Shown piece by piece: positions 38,546-50,422 of a stretch of DNA of 64,000 nt. The stretch is from assembly GCA_040954595.2 (NCBI GenBank), contig CM082598.2:496001-560000 (forward strand), given 5' to 3'. The translations under genes were made by a program, and so were the position numbers. Origin of the DNA: Balanoglossus misakiensis (lineage: Eukaryota; Animalia; Hemichordata). The notes below the pieces were generated by a model. The model did no database searches. It was not told the DNA's origin and worked only from the letters and a program-made list of their open reading frames with translations. How positions within the stretch are numbered: position 1 is the stretch's first letter; each line of letters starts with the position of its first letter.

Positions 38546-40561
38546 TTAAAATCTTCTCTTAGCAGTAACTTCATAAGGATAACAACGCAATATTAGGGCT
38601 TCGCAGTATTCATCGAGCCCCGGTGGATTTTTGCCAGGGACTGTCGAGAATGTGAAATTTTGGAACAAGCTGCAAAAGATGATAAAAAGCTCGGCCTTTG
38701 CCAACACATCACCAACACAGACTCGACGACCGGCGGAAAATGGCATAAAAGAATCTGGTTTCAAGATCCTTCTTTCGTTGTCTACATCAAGGAAGCGCTC
38801 TGCAATAACGATGGATGGAAACAAGAGTCAGTTCCATATCCGTGCACTGTCAAACTCGTTGACAGACCGGTGGACAGGCAGAGACAGACAGACAAACCGA
38901 CAGACCGGCGTATCTTCCAATATCAAGATGATACATACCTGGACGAAATTCTTCTGGATTCTCCCATTCTTTCTCATTTCTGTGGACTGCAGCTAAATTG
39001 ATTGTGACCAATGTATCTTTGGGGATTTCGTAATTCCCTGATATACAAAAAAGATTTTAAAATTAGTTGATTCATTATTTCACATTTGCTTCTCAAGAAT
39101 AGACGACCAAATAACCCTGTTTTGTTATTGACAGCGCAAATAAAGTGACTCTACTCAGTTTAAATTCTAAATGGCTGCCATCTTTTAAATTCATGATGGC
39201 GGCTAGTGTCTGAAGTTACCATATTGAGGAAATGGCATTCTTTATGAAAACATTAAAATACTCACTTAGAGTCGTGTCACATGTTGTGCTGTGGGTAATG
39301 GCGAGTGCTGCTACCGGTTTGATTCTCATTAATTCATGAATCACAGCATCACAGTAAGGCAAATGTTCGCGATCAGCCAGCCCAGGAAGGCGATCGCGCC
39401 CTATGACGTCATCGATCTCTTGCTGTACCTTCACCTGGACATCCGGGTAATTGACCATGTATGCAATCGACCAATACAGGGTGTTTCCAGTGGTATCTGT
39501 CCCAGCTAAATGACGTCCCAAAAAGTAAAACGGCGGACAATGTTGTTAGCCAAATTGTACACTGCATTACACAGGCAAACACTTTTAAATTTTTACTCAC
39601 TTATGTGGTAGTGGTCAGAAGATATGCAAATTTGACATCATCTCTGCCACGTCACTGATAATTGATGTGATGAAGGGGGACTTACCCACAAACATGTCAC
39701 CGACGGTTTGTCGCAACTGGACGTCGGTGAAGACAGACTGGCCGTCATCACGTGTTTTCTCCTGTTGCAGTTTTATCATGTTGTCGATGAAATCTTTGGT
39801 GTTATCTGTAATTTGTAAACAATAAACAATTCAACACACGTACACTGCAAAGTCGGACCACAGACGACTGCTTAATTCATGTGGTACCAAGTGAAAATCT
39901 CTGATTGGCGTTACAAATACGTGTGACCAAAGAGAGTCGAAGGCATTGTGCCCTACCTGGGTCGAACTCCATTCTATGTTCATTAATCTTTCCTTGAACA
40001 AAGTCTTGAAACTTCTCACAAGCTTCTCTGAGTTCCCCCGCTCTTCTACTCGGAAAGTACTGCATGATGGGTATTTTATCTTCGATAAGGCCATTCCCAG
40101 TTTTATGGAATATGTTGTCAATCATATCCATGACGTGTGTGAATTCGGGATCTTCGGGAGTGTAGCTACAGATCAAAGCAATTAATCGGTTGTGAATGAC
40201 AAGCTTTACCTAGTACCCACACAATGACAATAAACTCTCTCTCTCTCTCTTATCTCTGATAAGACCCTCCTCTCCCACCCACCCCCCTCACCCTCACCCC
40301 CACCCCCAGGTTTCACTTACTGTCGTCCAAAGCACAGTGAGGCGATCACAGTTGAAACCATAGAAAGAACCGTAGCTCTCGGATCGAAAGCCTTTCCCTT
40401 CGTCGCGTCAATTGATTTCTGGATTTGAGGGAAAATGTTGTCGTGGATTAAAGTTTCCAGGTTTTCACCGGAGACGTAATTCCTGGAGAGAGAGAAAAAA
40501 AAAACAAAAGTGAAAGTTCGAAAAAGTAATAAGAAAGTAAGTTCGTCAGTCAGTCAGTCAG

Positions 40562-40597
<36 letters not shown>

Positions 40598-41308
40598 CAT
40601 AATTACCTCAAAGCCTGGTGTGTCATTTTCCTCTGTATCTTCCAATCTTGATCGTAATCACCAAACATGATATTTTTCCGATTTTCACTCATATTGGCCC
40701 CTGAATAAAAACAGCAACACAATGTCTGGATTTACATTTTATGATAACATGTTGACCATTGTGAGAATTTTGACAATCAAACGATATTCTTTTATGTTAC
40801 TATAGTTTGCAAGAAATCTGAAATTCTCCTACTTACACGTAAAACGTTGGGGTCTTCCCGCGAAATCGGCCGGTTTCTTTACAAGGGCTTCTTTGATGAC
40901 GTCAGCGCTGTTCAACACTACCATGTAATGGCGGCCATATTTGATAGAATACAAGTCGCCATATTTTTTCGATAAATCGGTGTAGTAAACATGTGGGTCT
41001 TTGTCACTCACTGTGAACGAAAAGTATGAAATTTTAATATTTACAGCCTCGGTAATCAAAAATTGGAATCTGAGAAAGCTTCAGTTGTAAATTATTTTGG
41101 TTTGTGAGCAAAACAGGTGACTTTCAAAAGAAGTCAGACGACCCTTTCACTCACCTATGTTTCCGTAGAATGGGATGGGCATCGGACCAGGCGGCAGATT
41201 TCGTGGACGACTCAAACTTTTCAACAAAAGCGCTGCAACCACAAATAATAAGAGCAATAGTGTTGGGTTACACAGAAACCCGCTCCATGAAACGAGTAAC
41301 AGAGCCAT
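38546..41308 (-). CDS. Cytochrome P450, clan 2-like (CYP1/2/17-related), ~501 aa, 9 exons
   Basis: Exons 41308-41155, 41010-40837, 40700-40607, 40482-40321, 40165-39957, 39805-39686, 39505-39266, 39037-38939 and 38799-38546 (1506 nt). Membrane anchor plus PPGP, WKIQR, I-helix AGTDTT, ELMR, PERF and heme motif FSAGRRVCVG. Confidence 0.93.
40545..40594. repeat. (GTCA)n(ATCA)n microsatellite
   Basis: Directly visible in CYP intron 3. Confidence 0.9.
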
Positions 41309-41640
41309 TTCCTAAGTCCTTGCTGAGTGGCGAAATCGAGAGATGGCTGTCTTTCACTTTTCTGACTGTGTCCTACCTACACTAAACTTTGTCAGAATTT
41401 GCTCTTATGTTTTGACATGCAGAGCAAACAATAGTCTTGTTACGATAATCACAATTAATTCAGAGCTGCATACATATAACATGTCTGGATTTGAATTCGC
41501 CATCTTAAACTATTGTCCTTTTTATCAATAGATTCATTTCCGATAGATTTATACACTTCCGTAATATTAACATATCAACAGATGACTAGACTATGTAATC
41601 TGTGGCCACCTCTTCCCTGGTGGCACTGTACCACAAGGAT

Positions 41641-41700
41641 AGCTGTCTTGTTCAAGGACACAAAAACGACGCCAATGCTGGGAATCAACCCCAAAATCAT
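41641..41700 (-). mobile_element. Decayed tRNA-derived SINE fragment (B-box plus CORE-like segment)
   Basis: The minus strand reads GGGTTGATTCCCAGC...TTGTGTCCTTGAACAAGACA. This resembles a B box GGTTCGATTCC followed by the TGTGTCCTTGGGCAAG motif common in tRNA SINEs. Confidence 0.45.
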
Positions 41701-41814
41701 CCTACATTGAAGCCTTTGAACTATCAGCAATATCACACGCCACAGTCACTCCACACACACACGTTATCTCAAGTTCAATTTTATTACCACAGTATATGAA
41801 CGGGGAAAAATCAA

Positions 41815-44121
41815 TTAACCCCTGAACACAGACGCATGATAATCAAAGAAGAAGTATTTCTTGGATGTTATCTTCCAAGTACGTAGATCTGGTACAGGTT
41901 CCGGATGAACCAAGTGGTATCTAGAAATAAAATTACAAAAAGCATGTTAATCGTGTTTATATACGAACAGGAAACTAAAATAATAGTAACGGTTTGACCT
42001 AAGCGAACAATTATCATTTTGAATCAAATCATCAATGTTTACCTTCGATGAGCTTCTGTTTTAAAACGAAGACCAATTCTGTCTGGTATTCTACTTCCTG
42101 TTGGCTGCAGACACGAAGACAGAGGCATTGGCGGCAGATTGATCATATCAACTTTTGGACCATCGCCTTCAACCATCAATGGAAGTAACATAAATGGTGC
42201 CATTACAGACTGTTTGTTCCTTTGAACTGGTGGTAGTTCGCTTGTGGTGATATTTGTGTCGTTTGGAAGTGGTGTCAAAGACTGGGGTGTCGTGATATTG
42301 ACAGGAGATTCCTTGTTATCAGATTTTATATCTTCGATTTTTGTTTGCATGTTATCTCTCTGACAGGTGCACTTTTGAGGTTTCAGGGAACACCTGTAAG
42401 CAGGTGGGTAGGCATGGACGGTATTGCGTTCCACAAGCTGTGAATCTTTGCCGATGACGTAACTAGCGCTAGGAGGCCAACATGGCGCCAACCCCGCCAA
42501 CTTTGACCCCTCAGCAATATTCATTTTGACAATCGTGTCGCTGATAACTGAAGATATGTTCTTGTTTGCATCACTGGGCTTCTCTGATTGGACAGGTCTC
42601 TGTCTTCCATGAAGTGGACACACTTTGAGGTTTTCATCTCCAGACTTATTGTCGTTATTCTGCGTTGTTCCATTCGCAACTGCTTCGTCCCCATCACTAT
42701 CAACTTTATTTCCAATATTTTGACCCGCTCCATCTTTCTCTTTGGCATCGGCATCAAAGTCAGTTTCAGGTTTGCAGTGGTGTTCGGATACCAGCCTGTC
42801 GCTCTGTTCATGATGACACGAATCTGATTCCACTTTTTGCTGTGCTTCTTTTTTGAAGTCGATGTACGTCTGGTCGTACAGTGAATGTCTATATCTCGCC
42901 TGTGTCATCTTTTCAATGGCTATGTTTGTAGCTTCACTCAACTCCTGTAGAATAAACACAGGATTAGGAATAGATGAGACAAAATATTGATATTTTACGC
43001 AAACGTTTTGATGGAGATATTCAAAAGAACTCTCAAGAAATTGATTGTTGAATCGACAAATGACGTCACTCGCCTGTTTGGTTCTGCTTTGTGGTATTAC
43101 AGGAGCTGGATGGTAAAAACAAAACAAAAAATTTAAACAAAGGTATCAAAATAACCCATAAGGTCACTCTCTGTAAGACAATACAATAATTCTGTCTAAT
43201 CGAGAAGGAACTCACCATCAAACTCAGTCCGTTCAGGATCAATTCTTGGGAAAATCTCAAACACGGGTATGTGTGTTTTATAAGGGTGTTGCTGCGGCCA
43301 AACGTTGTTGATCCTCACGTATCTGAAGCGGAATTTGAAATAAAGCATAACATCTAAATATCGAAAACAGGATATGCTCTTGTCTCGATATTAGTTACCC
43401 ATCATGCATCATTCCTTTCTGTGTCCTGGTCGAGTTTGGCTCGGATTCTGAACTCGATTCATTATTCCTTGATACAATGGATGCCATCCGAATCCGATTT
43501 AAAAGCAAAGTCCAAAGCGATTTCAATGAAATATCACTGATTCGTAAATCATAGATTGTGACTAATACGTACTCTGTTAGATCAGTCTGCAATGGCGGTG
43601 GTAACCTAGGAAACAAATTATGCATTTCGTTAACTATGAATCCTTCAATATTCGTTTAAAAATGAAATTCAATGGCGGAGGTAAGGAAGAATTCTCAAAG
43701 AGTGTTGATGATGGATCTTGCAGCTTCATTGATAACATCAGTAATGTCACTTACAATTGGTCGTTCATGCGACATTCGCTCAGTTTCAGTGACGTCACTC
43801 GATATGGCTGTAGATCGGTCTCGCTAAAACAAAGAAAATAACAAGCAAAAAACTTGATATGGAATATATGAATGCATAGGCCCAAGGCAGAATTCAGAAG
43901 TAAAAGTTATCAAAAGTTGTCTTGTCGTTTGACAAAGATAATTCCGTGGATGTACTCACTATTTATAGAATCCACTTTTGTAATGGCGATGGCTTCTGCT
44001 GACATCTAAGTCTCGAACTTTTGTGCGACCAAGAAACGAAAGCGGGCCAATTCCGCCATATTCCGTGATTGGGCATCCCCATGCTTTACCACCCGGTGGC
44101 GCTCTCGCCGATCGATATTCC
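41815..44121 (-). CDS. C7orf31/SPMIP4 (DUF4555)-like protein, divergent; at least 469 aa, 5' end unresolved
   Basis: Phase-consistent exons 44121-43960, 43823-43755, 43605-43573, 43322-43216, 43105-43074, 42944-42043 and 41920-41815. Blocks WG..TEYGGIGPLS, HRHY, YRVTSLKLSECRMNDQLLPPP, WPQQHPYKTHI..FEIFP and C-terminal FKTEAHRRYH..VPDLR..KKYFFFDYH occur in the same order as blocks I recall from human C7orf31 (not database-checked). Confidence 0.65.
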
Positions 44122-44969
44122 CTGTGAAGGGTAAATACAAGTACATTTTGTACAGTAAGCACGATGTTGACATGTTATGGTTATTGGGAAAGTAGAAAAG
44201 GTTTTCTACCAGCAATCCTGGCTTTACAGGGATATATGGCGAGGGTCACGTGATAGGGATAATTTTACATCCAGTTCAGTTATCAAAACACTAGTGTACT
44301 GGTGAATGCAGTGTGTAGCTAGTCCGGCAGTCGACAAAAAGTGAAAGGCTTATTGTAAACTTGATCTTCCCGAAGGGCATACCGTGTTTTGTACCTGTTG
44401 AAATGTTGAGGCTTAGTCGCCTGTTGTTTTCTCTAGTCTTTTTCACAACATTTTTATTCCGGATTTGAGCTCTCAGTCCTGCTTTTGACGCCGAAACTAT
44501 TCATGCACGCAGTCACGTAATCAATCGATGGTTACCCTGACGACACAGCCCGATAAGCCGAGTAGCATTGATTTACCAAATAAATTCGTAAGTTAACACC
44601 TTGTCTTTTGTATCAAATAATCATGTGATCTCCACCGATCACATTTCAGTAGCGAAGTCAATGTATACAAGCGCAGAGTATTCCGACACACAAGTATACA
44701 GCAGACAATCTGGTTCTGCAACTCTGAGAGATTTGAAGTTGATTGGACAGCCAACTTCGTTTAGCCGCCGCTCAAGATCTGTGTGCTCGATGCGACAAAG
44801 AAGACGCGAGGAAATTGAAGATTTTGTGAGAAGTTGACGTAGACTGGAGTACGTGTTCAAGTTATTGAGTCACACTGGAAACTTGTGCTTGCTAAGTTCT
44901 CTGAGAGAGCTCGGAGTTGTTCCTGGCCAAAAACAACGAACTGTACGGATTGTAACCTGAACGATCAAG

Positions 44970-45449
44970 ATGCCAAACTCCGGGTACAAAGCAATGATCA
45001 ACAAGAGTTACAAAGGACAACAGTCTCGTCCACAAACTTCTCTTCCACGCTACACCTCGCCTGGCAGGGTCATTTCACCCTCCCCTGGTTACACCAATCC
45101 AACTGCAAGCGGCATGGGTTGTCTCTCCAAGACCTGGGACGTACTGCGCAGCAGAAAGCAATACACGCAGCAATTGGAGGAGAACAAACGCAAAACCACA
45201 ACTGTGAGTTTCCCACCCCTGGGGAAGCAGGCCACTCCAACCCTCCCACCTCCCCCTCCCTTTCCAACAGGGACCTGGATCATTCGTGTCGACCGCACAG
45301 GTATAAACACTCTGGAACCGTTCAATACAACGAAGAAATTCACGTGTGGATATTTCTACAACAGAGACACGGATAACAAGAAAAGGAAGATTGGAATACC
45401 GCCCTCTGACCTCGTAAAATGGAGATACTTTAACGCCATATCTTATTGA
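44970..45449 (+). CDS. Uncharacterised intronless protein, paralogue A (159 aa)
   Basis: AAGATG start. Shares MPNSGY, TCGY and KKR..GIPPSDLVKWRYF with 47261-47653. Protein-level conservation despite DNA divergence supports coding status. Confidence 0.85.
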   Translation: MPNSGYKAMINKSYKGQQSRPQTSLPRYTSPGRVISPSPGYTNPTASGMGCLSKTWDVLRSRKQYTQQLEENKRKTTTVSFPPLGKQATPTLPPPPPFPTGTWIIRVDRTGINTLEPFNTTKKFTCGYFYNRDTDNKKRKIGIPPSDLVKWRYFNAISY

Positions 45450-47260
45450 ACTTTTCATCCGATGGATTAGAGATAGACCACCTGTCGGGATTTAGGAATT
45501 TTGTGCACAATACATATTAAGGTTCACAAGACGTGACAATCAACTTTCTGTCCTTCCTGCTGAGGTAATCGTGTTTCTAACTGGACGAAAACAATATACG
45601 ATCGTATGTAGGAGCATCATTAGAATCAGTTCCACACATCAGCTTTTATGAGATCGCGGTCTGAAGTAGTTAATCCGATCGAAGGGAGCCAGTGTCTTTA
45701 AATTATTACAGAACACAGAAATCAATATAACTAGGGATAACTCCGAATTGTTTCTGTAAAAGCCAATGTGAGTTGGGGGGGGGGGGATCGATCCCGAAGA
45801 CAATTGCAAACGAGTCGGTGTCTTTCACATTATTGTCATGACTTAGTTTCAACCTAAGTACTTCTATTAGTTATAAGGTTATCAGGGTTATCGCTCGATT
45901 TCAGCATAGAAGAAGGACTTCTACCCTTTTTGGCATTATATTTTCGCCAGATATCCTAAATCACTTAGAAGACTGCCACCAACGGCGAAAAGCATTCGCA
46001 CGTTTGTTTCCTTCTTGGAATTCCCTATCATATATCACATGTTGTATTTTACCTATTACATGCATTAAAGGCAACACTGGTATAATTTTTGTGCTAGTTT
46101 CTACTTATTTGAGTGGAAGTACTCGCGATGTGGATGTAACTATGACTGACTGAAGCGAGATCGTGTACGTACACTACAAAGAAGTCCCTACAAAGCTAAG
46201 TGATGATTTGAGCGTACTGATGATCACTTATTCATGTATATTTATTATTCATGCAATTTCGCAATTGAATGTGTTTTTCACAAAATAATCCCTTCATGAA
46301 AAAAGTAAAGAACTTCTACATGATTATTTTAACAACCACTTACCCAATACTAGGGAGTGTAACTCTTGGTTCTCGGTAGGGAGTGAATAAATCGGTCGAC
46401 AAGTAAGTTGGTGATACCATGATAGTCTCTGTCGTCGTTTCTGATTGGTCTGTCGCCATTCTTAAAGTCGGTTCGATTCTTTCACACAAATCACAGTTTT
46501 TATGTCATGTTTCGGACAAATATTATCGCAAATAACGACAGGATGAAGTTCATGGAGATATCTGATGTGTGTGCGTGACGTAACAGAGAGAACGTCATGC
46601 TGAGACAATGAGAGGAATGGCCGAAAATGGGAATTGTGACGTCATCACGTAGAGACCGCCATTAATAGAATACGTGTTTAAACAATGACATACGTACATA
46701 CATGTACATACAATACATGTACATGTACATACATACATCCATGCATGCGTACATACTATAGTATTACATGCACATACATAAACGACTTTTAGCTTATTAG
46801 AAAACTGAATATGCATGCACATTTGGGCATAGGAGAAGAAATTCAAGTATTGCGCGTCTGACATTGGAACTGAGCGTCACAAACACGGTGTTCCATATCT
46901 GAGCGATTGGTTACCTGTTGTCACGTGACGTCGCACAAATAAAAAACCACGTACCGCTATTGTTGCTGTCATTATTGATTTTCTATTGTAAAGTTACGAC
47001 GTCGAGGAATAGATTTACCTGGCTGATCGGTTGACACTGTATTCGTTGAGCATACATAATCACTTTGGCCTTTGAACAGACTGAGTTTGCACTGCTACGG
47101 AACATTGAGTTTTGCCCGTCGGCAACGCAACGCTGCGTTAGTGCGCGCTCAGGTGTGTGTGGTGGTGTAGATTTACGGGCGGCGTGGCGAGTTCTTGGGT
47201 CTGATACCAACAACAAACAGCATCTAATCGACGAGTGTCGAGTAACATTGGCGAGCAAAG

Positions 47261-47653
47261 ATGCCGAATTCTGGCTACCAATGTTTGATTAACCAAACCT
47301 TTCGAGGTTCGCGGAAAGAAGATAATCTCTGGGCAGAGCCAGCTGAATGTGTAGATAAATCTTGGGAGAGATTTCTGTCTAATAAGTACTCGCGACACAT
47401 GAACCGGGCCAAAAGCGGACGACTCGATATGTCCAAGACGCCGCTACCGTCTGTCGCCAGATCCGAAGACCCTCCCAAGACGTTTATAACCCGTCTTGAG
47501 CGAGGCGGAATTAAAGTCAATTCCGTCGCTCCGTTTGCTACTCTCGGGAAACCAACCTGTGGATATTACTTCTCCAGGGTCATCGATCACAAGAAACGTC
47601 AAACCGGAATCCCACCATCCGACCTGGTCAAATGGAGGTATTTCTGCAAATAA
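47261..47653 (+). CDS. Uncharacterised intronless protein, paralogue B (130 aa)
   Basis: Same conserved N- and C-terminal blocks as 44970-45449. Confidence 0.85.
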   Translation: MPNSGYQCLINQTFRGSRKEDNLWAEPAECVDKSWERFLSNKYSRHMNRAKSGRLDMSKTPLPSVARSEDPPKTFITRLERGGIKVNSVAPFATLGKPTCGYYFSRVIDHKKRQTGIPPSDLVKWRYFCK

Positions 47654-49944
47654 ACCAACCGTAAACACATCTGTTTCCGTCCACGGTAGGATTGACAGCT
47701 GATCGATCAACAACCCTCAACCTTACAGACTGTTATATTTTAATCGTCGACATCTCAAACAACATATTTTGCAAAACTGGACGGCAAATAACAGCCACTA
47801 ACTGGAAGACTTTACCAACGAGATGAAAACAACAGCAGTATTTTTTCACCCAAGTATTTACAGTGACAATATGGAGCCTTTTAATATCTGCATCCTAGCA
47901 GCCGTCAACTTTGAAAAGTCTGCAACCAACAACCGAGACTCGTATCTTCAACATTCCACAGTATTACCAGACATTCGTTCACGATGACGATTAGCCAATA
48001 AAATTCTACCGCCAGAGAATCATGAAATATATTGTGTAGCTTTAGTTTAGGTAAGACGCAGACCTTCGCAACCGTGGTTGCTAAGTACGCTAGACTGCCG
48101 CCATGTTGGAATTTCAACCCACCACTACTTATAAACTCCTCCGTCCATTGTATATACTCCAAAAGTACAAGTAAGGTGTTGGAATTCGATTTTGTCACGC
48201 AGCATTTTCTATGAAAGGTACTTCACGTCCACCCTTTAAATATTTGTGTTGTGCAATGAAAAGTTGGACTCGTCTCCACGTGATTATACTTTGAGGCTCA
48301 GTTATATTTACCCGTCCAAGCTTCGCTTTGCAATACGCTTTTGTATTTTTAATGAATTCGACATAACACGGTCACCTAATAAGGTTTAATTATTTAGGTA
48401 CATTCATGTGGTTTTCCTGGATTGTTAAAGTTTATTTTGAACTGATCACATCAAATCTATGTACATTGTAGATGTTAGTTTAAAGTATTTCACGAGTTAT
48501 TGATGTTTATTTTAATGCAAAAGGGAAGAAATAACGGATTAAGCCGACCGTGTTATTAAATTTCCGTCCAGGACAAAGTGTCTAAACTTGTATTGTCGAG
48601 GGGGTAACTGACGCAAAACGCAAACTTCAGGTGTGAACTATGAACGCCCTGATTTCTGATTGGTACGCTCTCTGTTGCTTATTCCAAATAGAAACCAAAT
48701 GTCGGCCTGTTTGATGCATGGAGATTGTCAATATCACATTCTATTCCATATTCGGAAATTGTTTGCTGTGCGGCACTAGCTAAAGGTGTAATATGTATTC
48801 ATTTGACTGTGCACATTTATTTCAGAAGTATTAAAATTATTACGCAAGTGAAGGTTTGGAAAATTATCGTTCGCGATTGTCGTTTTTATCCAGTTTTTAT
48901 ATGCAGACGCGAGGAGTGTTTAATGAACATATATATTTACAAAACGGCTTTAGTTTTGCATAGTTGATCGAGATAACACAGTTACGTTGACCCGGGCACT
49001 TGACATGTTGAAGGCGGCTTGTGGGTTTATGACGACAAGAAATTAACTGCATTTTTGGACGCATGTACTTTGTACTTGAAAAGTACAGTTCTCCACTATG
49101 GTCACTATAAAATCGGTGATAAAATGGCGACCATTAATTTATAATCTCAAGGATCAGAGGTTTAAAATGTCAAACCACTACAAAGGTAATTGACAGTATA
49201 TGACGTATGATAGAGCAACTTAACGCACAAAAAATTGCAAGTTGCAAATTACTGAAAGAAGACTACAGTGTGAGCAGTTTGGTCATCTTTACAAGACAAA
49301 TTGAGTCGAGAGGCTGATGAAACTTTGGCCAGCCTCGCAAAGAAGCAGCACAGAGATTCAAAAACGCGGACGACGTTTTTAACTCAGACAGTGCTAAGTT
49401 TCACAATTCGGTTGTTGGTCATACCACACGGAGTTTCTAATCATTTGTTCCCACTGCTATAATCACACCCTGTCCAAGCAAACTAATATTAGTCTTTGCC
49501 GTTTTCTTTTCAACCCGTTTGCTCTGTACAACGATCCTTTCTTTGAGTTTGTTCTGGCGGCACAAATCTCTCCATACATTCAGAATTAACTCGGATACTG
49601 TGATACTTGTGAACAATGTGGAAGTTGATGCCAGTCGACATTGTGATATTCAGCTTCAATCAAAAAAATTCCTTCTGTGCTCATTTAAAGACTAGTGAAC
49701 GGGGACTTCTTGATCAAACAAACAGCTCTCCAAACACAATTTGTCGACAACACGACTACCCATTGCATCACTGGCAATTTTCCGAAACGAAAACAAGTTA
49801 TTGAGAAATACTATATACAATATATCCAAGGAGACATTGATATTATTTAAGACCATCTATCTATAGTGACCACTTGGTTACAGTCCCTGTGCAATCAACA
49901 GGTACATTAAATGCCCTGTCTATAAAGGCAAGTCCCTCGATTGG

Positions 49945-50422
49945 TGTTACGGTAGAAATAACCGGCAGCACACAATGGAGTTTGTAGTTCAACAACAATT
50001 AGCTTTATAAAATCAAAAAGTCTCACAGAAAAAAAATGTTATAATGTGTTTTTACCGGTACCCTGCTTGGTCGAGGAGTTATTGAGTCCACAAAAGTCCT
50101 GGCCGAACTCAAGCTTCACCAAGGCACAGAAGTCCGTTGCTGACAAAATCCATCATTCACAGAAGTCAGTTGCTCATGAAGTCCGTTGCCCACAGATCAG
50201 CTAGGTAGATTCCTAATTCCCAAGGCGATGTGGAGTGACGTGCTCATCCCAGGCAGTGTTGAGAATCGTTCCTCGTGGTTTTTGTGAGAATGCCTTTTGT
50301 ATGGGTGACCATCTGGTTAACTAATATTTAAATGAACTAGTTGAAAAGGCAGGGCCTTTTGTTATGCAAAGAGAAAGCTACCCCTCTCTCGACCAAGCAA
50401 CTAATCAGGGTGTGTCGTAACA
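49945..50422. mobile_element. Solo LTR (478 bp, Gypsy-like 4-bp TSD) inserted in a Tc1/mariner-like MITE (~49849-50448)
   Basis: TGTTACG...CGTAACA termini with flanks TTGG/CTGG. Removing it restores CCCTCGATTGGCCACTATAGACAGG, which matches the reverse complement of the uninterrupted MITE copy at ~22616-22644. Confidence 0.8.

Noticed and set aside
44885-45458. Overlapping alternative-frame and antisense ORFs over orphan A (and 47065-47292 over orphan B)
   Set aside because: The sense-strand ones start at GTG/TTG, and none shows peptide conservation between the paralogues, unlike the MPNSGY frame.
49280-49645. Possible decayed third MPNSGY paralogue on the minus strand (MSTGINFHIVHKYHS...ECMERF)
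   Set aside because: Resemblance is vague, the frames are broken, and the diagnostic GIPPSDLVKW motif is absent. A tBLASTn with both paralogues would settle it.
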